A DNA stretch of 64,000 nucleotides from Octopus sinensis (lineage: Eukaryota), in NCBI RefSeq assembly GCF_006345805.1, contig NC_043017.1, forward strand, positions 21,328,001 to 21,392,000. The letters run 5' to 3'. This document shows positions 53,061-64,000 of this stretch, piece by piece. Under the pieces are notes generated by a model that was given only the letters and a program-made list of their open reading frames with translations, was not told where the DNA came from and ran no database searches. Position numbers and translations under genes: made by a program. The first letter of the stretch is position 1. Every line of letters starts with the position of its first letter.

Positions 53061-53299
53061 TAGAAGGGGGTGCTGAAAAGTTTCTGGCTTTGCGTAAAAG
53101 AAAACACATGTCTTTTATATCAATTTAAATTATCAGTTAATTATGATTTTATTCACATATTCCCCTCTCACATTCACACATTTATTGCAGTGGTCCTTCA
53201 GTTTTTCTAAACCCTGTAAAAAAACACAGAAGATTGAACCTCTATCCAGGCTTTTTATGATACTCTTAAAGCAAGGAGCTTTTTCAGCACTCTCTCATA
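53061..53299. mobile_element. mariner-like MITE with TA ends
   Basis: TA-gaagggggtgctgaaaagtttctggcttt ... aaagcaaggagctttttcagcactctctca-TA. Confidence 0.7.
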
Positions 53300-53602
53300 C
53301 ACATGTTTGACGGAGTGCCAAAGAGAGAGAAAGAGAGAGAGAGAACCCTTCTCAAAGTCCTTGGGTAGAATAAATATGACTCCAAAAGGGACAAAGCAGG
53401 CTCTTTGAAACGAAAAGAATGCAACTCAGATAACGGACAGAGTCAATGAGTATTGAAAAGGTTGCAAGATGCAATGAAAATCTTAGAAAAATAAATAAGT
53501 AAATGAGTGGAAATTTTACTAGTGAGTGTGTTAAATTATAAGACACTAAAAGAAAATGACTCTCCCCAGACACAACAGAATATGTATGTGTATTTATATA
53601 TA

Positions 53603-53910
53603 TCACCACCACCATGACCAACCAGGCTATCAGATGTTGCTACACATCGCTGGTCACAATGCGCTTCGCATTGTTTTAGCCTTCAAATGACGCCACCCTG
53701 CTGGCTAAGCGGGCAGGCCAACAGACGAAAGAGTGGGAGAAAGTTGTGGCGAAAGAGTACAGCAAGGATCGCCACCACCCCCTGCCAGAGACTCGTGGAG
53801 CTGTAGGTGTTTTTGCTCAATAAACACACACAACGCCCGGTCTAGGAATCGAAACCGCGATCCTACAACCGCGAGTCCGCTGCCCTAACCACTGGGCCAT
53901 TGCACCTCCA
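53603..53910 (-). mobile_element. tRNA-Arg-like SINE (family C head) with an RTE-like tail
   Basis: Head near-identical to 32345; 3' end similar to the LINE end at 37622. Confidence 0.8.
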
Positions 53911-53916
53911 CATATG

Positions 53917-53947
<31 letters not shown>

Positions 53948-54343
53948 GCGTGTGCATGTGTGTGTGTATCTATATATATATGTATATGTGTCTGTGTGTG
54001 TGTATGTGTGTGTATGAGGCACCTGTGGCCAATAAAGAAAGCACTGTTCTCATCATATTTCCAGGAATTTCATGCAAATTCCAACAGCACCACCAGGTGC
54101 ATCAGTATGTTGCTGAGGTGTGCACAGCATTATTTTCAAGGTGTTTGGGATTTTAAGATAATGTTTTTTTAAGCTAATCTGTTCTGGTTTGTTACTGGAT
54201 GGGTGGGTGTGGGGTGGAGAGGAGAAGTATGTTTTTCCAGTTTTTGGTCTTCTTTTAGTGTTTCCATTGTGTGTTGCTGTACAGAATATGAAACACTAAA
54301 ATAATATTAGAAATAGCAAATTATTACTATTTTTATTATCCAT

Positions 54344-54395
<52 letters not shown>

Positions 54396-54877
54396 TATCA
54401 TCATTATCAACCATATCATTATTAGTAGTATCATCCTCATCTCCATCATCATTATTATTATCATTATCCTTGTCATCATCATCAACCACATTATCATCAA
54501 CCTCATCCACATCAGCATCATTGTCATCACCATCATTCTCACCATAACCATTATTATTATTATGAAATTTTCCCAAAACCCTAATCTCCAGATATCTCAT
54601 GTAAACTAAAAGTGTGAAACAACATCTCCAGGCATTAGAAGGGTAATGCAGTTTATCAGGGAAAGAAATTTCTTCTTTTTTTTTTCCTTAGTTTCCAGTT
54701 AATTTTTACAAACCTCAAGTTCTCTTTCACCTTAAAAATATAAGCTTTCCTGTGCATTATATAAACTCCTTACTATCTGATTATTATTATTACTATTATT
54801 ATCATTATTATTATTATTATTATTATTATTGGTATTATGAAATATCATTATCATCATCATTTTTATTATTATTATTA

Positions 54878-54915
<38 letters not shown>

Positions 54916-55160
54916 GTAGTATGAAACATTGTTATTAATAATACTATTGTTAGCATTATTACTAATTTTTTATTATTAATAATATTATCTCAATATAGTT
55001 ATTAACATTATTATTATCTTTATTGTTAGCATTATTATTAATTTTTTATTATTAACATTATTAACGTTGTTATTATCATTATTATTATTGGTAGTGTGAA
55101 ACTTTGTTATAAACATTATTATAATCGTGATTGTTAGCATTATTATTATTAACATTACTC

Positions 55161-55194
<34 letters not shown>

Positions 55195-55199
55195 TACTC

Positions 55200-55231
<32 letters not shown>

Positions 55232-55827
55232 GTTATTATTATTATTATTATTATAAATGTGATTGTTGATTACATTAAATAAATCCAGGTGTCTCTATTA
55301 TGACAAAAATGAATTTTAAAACCATTTAACATGTTTACAAGTCAATTTCATAATTTCATGATAAAATTAAAAAAGTAATAATAACAATAATAACATAGTA
55401 ACAAATAATAAAATATTGACAATAACAACAACAACAACAACAACAACAAAATCATCAACAATGATGATAATAATAATAACAATAATAGTAATAAGTCAGT
55501 CACAGCTAATCATTCGAAGACACCCACTGCAAAAATAAAATAGTTAAATAAATAAATGTCAAGATAAAATGTAAAAAAAATATTTATATATTAATATAAA
55601 GGTGATTTAAATAAAAAGGAGGAAAAGGAGTAGGAGAAGGGTGGAGATATACTGAGGGGGAGATTGTGGAGGGGGAGAGAACAGGAAAGGAGGGAGGCGT
55701 CATAACAATTTAGTTTTATAAAATGGTTGTTTACATCAAATAGCATACTTGCAATGGAATACTAAAAATTAATTTTCATAAAATACTTTTCCATAAATAC
55801 AAATGTGTGTGTATACACATATATACA

Positions 55828-55895
<68 letters not shown>

Positions 55896-55993
55896 TACAT
55901 GCATATATGTATATATACATGTATGTATGTGTGTATACACACAGAGAGAAGCATACATTCACATATATATATGTGTGTGTGTGTGTATGCATA

Positions 55994-56033
<40 letters not shown>

Positions 56034-56078
56034 TATGCACAAGCATATATATACAGACACACATATATATATAGATAT

Positions 56079-56124
<46 letters not shown>

Positions 56125-56564
56125 TTACAAGCTTATATATATAAGGAGTGGTACATGAGTGTTTATGTTGGTTATTTTCTTATTTCATATATTTCGTATT
56201 TTCTTCACCCCACCCCCCGTTTATATCTTACACTCAGTGAGACAAACATGTTAATCTATGTTGGTTTGAAAGCTGCGAATGTGTGCATAGAGATAAAGAC
56301 CTGTATGTGCATATATACATCCACACCCACACATACATAGACACACACGTCCAGACCACTAGCCCTCTTTCACACACACATACACACTCTCTTATACACA
56401 CACACACCTTTGTGTTGGGGGCACCTTCGTATTGGAAGTCACTTGACCCTGTTATCTCCCCTACTGTCCCTCTTGCGTCTGACCACTGTCCGAAGTCAGG
56501 ACGCCATGATAGATCGTTAGCTCCTACATGCATTTTGTTTTCTCTCCTTGTTTTTTTCCGTGTA

Positions 56565-56602
56565 TCTTTCTGTTGAAGAGTGTAGGCTCGAAAGGTAAAA
56601 GA
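56565..56602 (+). ncRNA. Hammerhead-like motif with CUGUUGA core variant
   Basis: TCTTT-CTGTTGA-A-GAGT gtag GCTC-GAAA-GG-TA-AAAGA; 5-bp stem I, GUA site. Confidence 0.5.
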
Positions 56603-56690
56603 CTTTTTCTATTCCTGAGCGCTATACTAATACATTTGTTTGTTTGTACTCTACCTGCTTTCGTCTTTTGTTTATTTTCGTAAACTTTCC

Positions 56691-56725
<35 letters not shown>

Positions 56726-57283
56726 TGCATGCACACAAATGCACTTATACATACACACGTGTGTGAGTGTATGTATGTGTGTATTATACATACTGCCCCT
56801 ATTCTCTCTTATGCCCACTTTCTCACATCTTGTGAGTATGCATGGACACTTCATCAACACCTCTGTGATTCTCTTTCCAGCTAATCCCATCCACAATTTT
56901 ATAATACAAGGAAGGCATGTGTCTGCATAGTTCCACAAAACACCAGTTTTTGAACCCACTTCATGTCTTAATGTCTTGGTGCATAAAATCCCTCACAAAG
57001 ATTGTAGCAGACGAGTGTGTTTTATGCACCAGACACCAAAATGAGAGGATCTCCTGAGGCTTATAAGGCAATATTCAGTGTTCTGACAAGACATCCATGT
57101 TAAACTGGATAGAAAGATTACCATTTGGTATCAATACTGATGCAATCGTTAATAATTAACATATATAATTAATAATAACAAACTGAGGAAAAGAAATCCT
57201 TCAAAGGGGTGTGTTAAACATTCAATTCTGTTACTTCTGTTGGATACCATATAAATATTTGTATAATTCAATAATAAAGTTAA

Positions 57284-57499
57284 ATTAAATTTAGAGATAT
57301 TCTATTGACATTCAATAATTTATTTATATTACAATATTCCATGAATTACTATGAATATAATATATAACATAATATTATATTGGCCTTTTATGGTTTTTAT
57401 AATTATTTATATAATATTATGTTATGTTGTATATTATATTCATAGTGTTTCATGTAATATTGTAATTATTGAATGTCAATAGAATATCTCTATATTTAA
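57284..57499. repeat. AT-rich fold-back (MITE-like)
   Basis: tagagatattctattgacattcaataat / attattgaatgtcaatagaatatctcta form a perfect inverted repeat, with imperfect pairing continuing inwards. Confidence 0.8.
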
Positions 57500-58000
57500 T
57501 TATCTTTATATAATTAATATATATACACATCTGACACAAGGTCCCCTTCCCCACTGCCCCCCTCCCCTCTCAAAATTCTTTGTCTTCCAAGTTACTTGGT
57601 GACCCTGCCAGCATCCCGTCCACACTGTGAAGTGGTTGGCATTCGGAAGGGCTTCCAGCTGAAAGAAACCATTCCAAAACTCACTTCACCTTTGCTGGTA
57701 CCAGATAAAAACACTCAGTCCACTCTGTTGAGTGGTTAGTGTTAGGAAGGGCAACCAGCTGTAAAAAACTTGCCAAAACAGATACAAAAGTCTTGTGCAG
57801 TCTTCTGCCCCTCCAGTTCCTGCTAAGCAGTTCAACCCATGCCAGCATGGAAGGCGGATGTTAAATGATGATGATATATATATATGAACTTTTATGCTTC
57901 TTTTTTCTTCTCACTCTTCTCCTCATTCCATTACTCCCTTCCTCTATGTTGTCATTCCATTAATATATTCCCTTCTCATTTTCCCTATTTTTCCTTATTT

Positions 58001-58056
58001 GTCTCTGAAGACGGAATATCCAATATTCAGGGATACACCAGAAACAGCTGTAAGAC
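58001..58056 (+). ncRNA. Minimal type-I hammerhead ribozyme motif, intact core
   Basis: GTCT-CTGAAGA-C GG aa TATCC aatattcag GGATA ca CC A-GAAA-CAGCTG-TA-AGAC; palindromic ACAGCTGT, GUA site. Confidence 0.7.
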
Positions 58057-58236
58057 TTGAAATTTTTTTTCCAATAATAATAATAATAATAATGTATATG
58101 ACTTGAGATGTTTGCCTTGCCTTAACGTCTGTTGTCCTCTTTAATAATTATATATATTTCAAAATGTGACCGCGTGTGTACTGTTGGCGATTTTCTTTCC
58201 TCTGTCTTCCCTTCTCTGGATCTTTCCTTTTCCTAT

Positions 58237-58271
58237 GTTTCTGACGAAGAGCTCCACTCGAAACGTTAAGC
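58237..58271 (+). ncRNA. Minimal type-I hammerhead ribozyme motif, intact core
   Basis: GTTT-CTGACGA-A-GAG ctcca CTC-GAAA-CG-TT-AAGC; palindromic AACGTT, GUU site. Confidence 0.7.
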
Positions 58272-58359
58272 CCTCTTTCTTCCCTTCCTTCCTGAGCGTC
58301 CAATAATACTATATTTGTTCCACGTCCTCGCGTTGTTTTGTTTACATGTTTGGATTAAC

Positions 58360-58397
<38 letters not shown>

Positions 58398-58844
58398 GTG
58401 TGTGTGTGTGTGTGTGTATGTGTGTATTTGTGTGTGTGTATGTGCATATGCAGACATAAGAATTATAAACTTCAGTGTATGAATACATATATAGGTGCAG
58501 GTATGACTGTGTGGTAAGAGAAATATGCTTTGCAACCACTTGGTTCTGGGTTCAGTACCATTGTGTGGTACATTGCATCATCTACTATAGTCTTGGGCTG
58601 ACTAAAGCCTTGTGAGTAGATTTGGTAGTAGATGGAAACTGAAAGAAGCCCATCATATGTATATACTCCGAGAGTGTAGTGGGTGCTTCTTACGTGCCAC
58701 TGGCACAGGGGCCAGTCAGGCGGTAATGGCAATGACCTCGCTCGATCAGATTGGAGTCTGGTGCAGCCATCTGGTGCAGCCATCTGGTTCGCAGCCCACA
58801 GTCAAAATCGTCCAACCCAGGCTAGCATGGAAAGCGGACGTTAA

Positions 58845-58876
<32 letters not shown>

Positions 58877-59480
58877 ATATATATATATGAATGTGTCTTT
58901 CTGTCTGTTTTTGTCCCCCACCACCAATTGACAACCAGTGTTGGTGTGTTTACATTCCCATAACTTAGCAGTTTGGCAAAAGGGACCGATAGAATAAATA
59001 CTAGGCTTAGAAAAATAAGAAGTCCAGGGTTCGATTCATTCGACTAAAAACACTTTAAGACAGTGCTCCCGCATGGCCACAGTCAAATGACTGAAGCAAG
59101 GAAAAGAAAGCAATAACATATACATACATAAACATACCAATACAGATACATACACATGCACATATATACATAAACATGAATATATAAATATGTGTTGCAC
59201 TATAGCAATAGTGAGTATATAATACCTGTTTCACAATGTATCTCATGCTCTCTCTCCTCTCTTTATCATATCCACACACACACACACACTCACATGTGTA
59301 TACAGATTAGGGAGATGTCATATGTTACTTCAATGATGCAGAAACTATAAAATGTCTTCCACTTGATAAACCACTGAACAAGGAGGTTTTATATTCAATA
59401 CATATTTTTGTGCATATGTCCACATATCAACATGTATTATGTATATATATAATATATATATATATATATATTATATATAT

Positions 59481-59532
<52 letters not shown>

Positions 59533-60262
59533 ATATATATATATATTACATATATATATATAAACATATATATTATATATATATATATTTATGTATATAT
59601 ATATATATAACATATATATATATATATATATATTAGAGAGAGAGAGAGATACAAACACGTATTTGAATATATATGCATATGCAATATATGAGGGTATTTA
59701 TATTCATATTGATGCATATGTGTGTGTGTATGTATACAAACACACACATATATAGAAATATATACACATCACATTTATGTATAAAAACACTCACACACAC
59801 ACATGTATATATACACACATATGCTGTTTTCACATGTATTGGCATATTTATATATATGCATGTATGATGGTGTTTGTATATATATATATATGTATCTGTC
59901 TGCATGTCTATGTATGTAAATTTGCCTTATATTTGAGACTCTATATGTGTGTGTGTGTGTATGTGTGAATATATTTAGTTATTTCTATTGATTTCAAATT
60001 AGGGCAACACATCAAAGCAGAATCGTTACATGAATGCCTTCTCTGTCAAGAGTATTTTATCAACCTAAGTAAAGTACAATTCTTCTATCTCAGACTAATA
60101 TTAATACCAATATCTTTTTCTGGTTGAGGCTGCGCTTCTGTCATGCACTCCAACCATTCTTGTATTAGAATGTTCATCTACCACTACTCCTTTCTATAGG
60201 TGCACAAATGAAATTTGCTAAGCTGATAAGATTTGCAAACCCAGGATGTTCAAAGTGTATTC

Positions 60263-60600
60263 ACTGCTCACCCCAAAACTCCCACCACCCAAAACTCCCA
60301 CCCCAAAACTCTCACCACCCAAAACTCAGACCCCAAAACTCTCACCCCCAAAACTCCCACCCCAAAACTTTCACCACCCAAAACTCCCACCCCAAAACTC
60401 TCACCCCAAAACTCCCACCCCAAAACTCTCACCACCCAAAACTCCCACCCCAAAACTCTCACCACCCAAAACTCCCACCCCAAAACTCTCACCACCCAAA
60501 ACTCCCACCCCAAAACTCTCACCACCCAAAACTCCCACTCCAAAGCTTTCACCACCCAAAACTCAGACCCCAAAACTCCCACCCCAAAACTCTCAACCCA
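60263..60600. repeat. 30-bp C-rich minisatellite (ccccaaaactctcaccacccaaaactccca)n
   Basis: Direct reading; exact 30-bp period over 60421-60540. Confidence 0.9.
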
Positions 60601-60689
60601 AATCTCTCACCCTATAAAAACAAAATTGAGGGATGCAAGTATACTCCCTGCACCCCCTGTTCCCGATTCTTTGCTCTCTTCTAAAGGAT

Positions 60690-60990
60690 ACAGTTACTGA
60701 AACCAGTTCCACAAAGTAAGGAGAAAGAGCAGAGATTTGGAGAACCAGAATTAAGAAACTTAAGAAACGATTTTTGGATATGGCTAAAGAGGAATGACGA
60801 AACTTGGCTGGAGAGGTGATGATCCTGAAATGAACTTATCAGTCAAAAGAGTAGGTGGGGTCTCACAACAGTAGGTAGGGGCCGGTGCATTGCGAGGCTG
60901 CTGAATGATGCATGGTCTCCCTTGATGAACCCTGAAACCTACTGGCATCTGGTAAGCGGGGTTTTCAACTGACTGCACTTGCACCAAAAA
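60690..60990 (+). pseudogene. Second Hero/RLE-type retrotransposon 3' end
   Basis: ...NDFWIWLKRNDETWLER* (stop 60817-60819); 3' UTR agtaggtggggtctcac...ggggccggtgca...ccctgaaac resembles that of 2700-2900. Confidence 0.65.
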
Positions 60991-62204
60991 GCTGTTTTTT
61001 ATGCCTGTAATGTGGTGAGCTAGCAGAATCATTAGTGTATGGGACCAAAGTACGAAGCAGGATTTCTACAAGAAATCTTTATATTATGAGTTCAAATCCT
61101 GCTGAAACTGATTTTGCCCATCATCCTTTTGTGGTCTATGAAATAAAGTGGCAGTGTTTTACTGGGGTCGATACAATCAGCTTGTTCTCCTGCCTTCAAA
61201 GTGATTGGCCTTGGGTCAAAATTAAAAAGAATTATACATAGAATCTGCCATCACTTCTTATACATTGTGCAAAAAGTGGTAACAGAACAACAGAAGTAGA
61301 ATTGGAAGATGTCGTTGAAAAATGAATAGGGCTGGCTCTAGTGTGCTAAAAGCTAGGGTCACTGCTTATGTTCTGAACCACTTAAAAAGAACTGCTTCAT
61401 CCAGCTTGTAAAAACAGTAAAAGAAAAAAAGCAGTTAGTTCTTCCTTTACCAGAGTTGTATTTCAAAAAGATAAGACTGTTCTTAAGGCAGGGAAACTAA
61501 GAATTATTTTTAGTATTCTTTAACATAGGGGTTATTTAAAAAAGTTGAGCGACACCAATAAGATAGGATTGCGGTTAATCATTTAGCATGTAAATTGGCC
61601 AGATCTGGCTCAAAGATTCTACCAGTTTTATGTCCAAACTGGCCACATCGGGCCTCTTACACCAATCCAACAATATCATTGTAAAATATAAATGGCCACA
61701 TCATTGAAATCTCAGAGCTACAAGATAATGCGTGATTAAATGGTTAAGTCATACCAATGCGCATAAATAAGTATTACATTTGAGAGAGTAATCCAACGGT
61801 TAATGAGTCTAGCTGAATATACATTTTATTTTGGCTGAGAATTAAACTGTCATTTGCTTAAGCCTTTTGATATCAACATACTTGGAATCACCACAGGTTC
61901 CATGACACAATTTCCTTGTTTTAAAGTGTTCTGAATTAAAACTGTCCATCAAAAATTCTTGTTAATTTATATTCCAAATCCCAGATTAATAATGACAAAG
62001 TCAGATTAGTAAATTCCTCATTGTTTTCCAAATTTATTGAAATAAAGGCAGTGAATTTCAATGGCAATAATATAACGAAGTAGTTAACCCTTTTGTTACC
62101 GTATTTATGTTGAAATATTCTTTGTTTTAATTAACTTTGAAAATAATGAAGAATTTATTGAAATAATTTTGTTATTATTAATCTAGTATCTGGAATACTA
62201 ATTC

Positions 62205-62562
62205 TTTTATTCTTTTATTTGATTCAGTCATTTGACTGTGGCCATGCTGGAGTATCACATTGAGGGGTTTTAGTAGAACAAATCGACTCCAGGACTTTTT
62301 TAAGTCTAGAATTTATTCTATTAGGCTCTTTTGCAGAACTGTTAAGTTACAGGGATGTAAACACACCAACACTGGTTGTCAAGCAGTGATGGGGGGGGGG
62401 GACAAACACACATACACACATGCACACACAACATGCTTCGTTCAGTTTCCATCTACCAAATCCACTTGCATGGCGTTGGTCGGCCCAATGCTATAGTAGT
62501 AAACACTTGCCCAAGATGCCATGCATTGGGATTGAACCCAGAACCATGTAGTTGGGAAGCAT
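62205..62562 (-). mobile_element. SINE family B, near full length
   Basis: cagtcatttgactgtggccatgctggag...ttgaacccagaaccatg. Confidence 0.8.
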
Positions 62563-63513
62563 GAAATTGAGAAGCAAGAAATTTTGATGGAAGTTTTAAT
62601 TTAGAATACTTTAAAACAATGAATTTCTATCAGAGAATCAGAAGCAGTTTGAGGCAGGACGGTATCAAAATATTTAAAGTGAGAGATTTTAAGCAAAATC
62701 TTCTCTTCCATTTAGAGAATGGCAAACATTTGAACCAGACTTTCCGTTTCCCTGCTTGCCAACTTCTAATTTTATTAATTCTTTTGATACCAACTTCCTG
62801 GAACTTCCACTAGTTTTATGATAGAAATTTCCTGTTTTAAAACGATCTAAATGAATAAATTCCATCAAACTTTTCATGTTAATTTATGTTCCAAAAACCA
62901 GATTAAACAGAGTTATTTTACTAAATTCTTCATTATTTTAAAAATTAATTGAAACAACAGCAGCACATTTCAAAAGAAAAATGGTAACAAAAGGGTGAAA
63001 GACTCTTGCCATAATAATAAGAATTTCCAGACTCATGTTTTATCTTCGATGTTCCTGGTGGTGATGGTGGCGGTGATGGCGGTGGTGGTTTTGGGAATGA
63101 AGAATTATGCCAAATGATATTCCAAGAGAAAATCAATGAAATTATCATCGCATTTCCAGCATTCTAAAAGACAGCTACAGAACATAGCATTGTTCTGCAG
63201 CAGACATGCACCGGCTTGAAATAACTCCAGACCAATGTACTTAATCAACCTCTCCTATTGATACACTTCATTTTACATACAGACATATGTATATACACGT
63301 ATGTACGCATGTGAATACATATGTATAATATTTCCTTCATTTTCTTGCATGAGCTGCCTTTATCCCTATCTCTATCATTTTTGCATGTATTTGCATTACA
63401 CATATATATACACTCATATGCATATGTATATATTATGTATATATGTATAGGAGTATATTTATGTGTGTCTGTCTGTCTGTCTCTCCCTCTCTCTCTTTAT
63501 ATATATATATATA

Positions 63514-63693
63514 TACAAATATAAGAGAGGACACTCTTGCACTAAAAATAGATCCGCAATGGTCTCAACCACCAAGAATTGTTCCCAGGAGAATGCTAAT
63601 TCTCCTTGGGAACAATTCTTGGTGGTTGAGACCATTGCGGATCTATTTTTAGCACAAGAGCATCCACATAGTGGACCCTCTCTTATATTTGTG
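63514..63693. repeat. Long near-perfect hairpin (MITE or hairpin-RNA-like)
   Basis: 63542-63594 pairs with 63599-63652 (one bulge) around a GCTA loop; outer stem aatataagagagg/cctctcttatatt. Confidence 0.85.
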
Positions 63694-63803
63694 TACTAAT
63701 TTTTACTGTATCCCAGTTTTTATGTGCTAAACCACTTGGTGTTAACTTGATGTTATTAAATTAATATCCAATTTTTTCACCCTTATTTTTGATATATATA
63801 TAT

Positions 63804-63884
<81 letters not shown>

Positions 63885-64000
63885 GTATATACATACAAGA
63901 TGCGATGGGTAAAATGTCACCATTTTATATCTTTGATTTCGTGTTTGTGCATTGTTTGTTTTTGATTTTCTCAACTACACAGAATAGTAGGGTCAGTTGG

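Noticed and set aside
60263-60600. Interstitial telomere
   Set aside because: Not TTAGGG, the expected molluscan repeat; it is a 30-bp composite unit.
60208-60700. Extensin-like PPQNSHHPKL / PKTPTPK repeat proteins
   Set aside because: All three plus frames are open because the 30-bp repeat lacks stops; no splice or start context.

Overview
AT-rich, microsatellite-saturated eukaryotic non-coding DNA. The repeat families, (TA)/(CA)/(AAT)/(GAT) arrays and RTE/CR1 remnants match my recollection of Octopus (coleoid cephalopod) genomes; the species call is an inference. No intact protein-coding gene is visible, and nearly all ORFs in the track are microsatellite translations. The window is a patchwork of tRNA-derived SINEs (at least 4 families), RTE-tailed short elements, TTAA (piggyBac-like) and TA (Tc1/mariner) MITEs, decayed LINE ends (Hero/RLE, RTE, CR1, probable Dong/R4) and a maT-type transposase remnant. 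The main hidden signal is 11 minimal type-I hammerhead ribozyme (HHR) motifs in about 6 unrelated repeat families. They have the CUGANGA...GAAA core, short stems and mostly palindromic stem III. Several sit in tandem or fold-back units typical of Penelope pseudo-LTRs or retrozymes, and one is fused behind a tRNA-like Pol III head. Splice signals suggest the window may lie in a giant intron of a minus-strand gene: a strong 45-nt exon (41116-41160) enclosed by a near-perfect inverted duplication, and an AG|GTAAGT recursive-splice-like site at 47638. Boundaries of degraded repeats are approximate.
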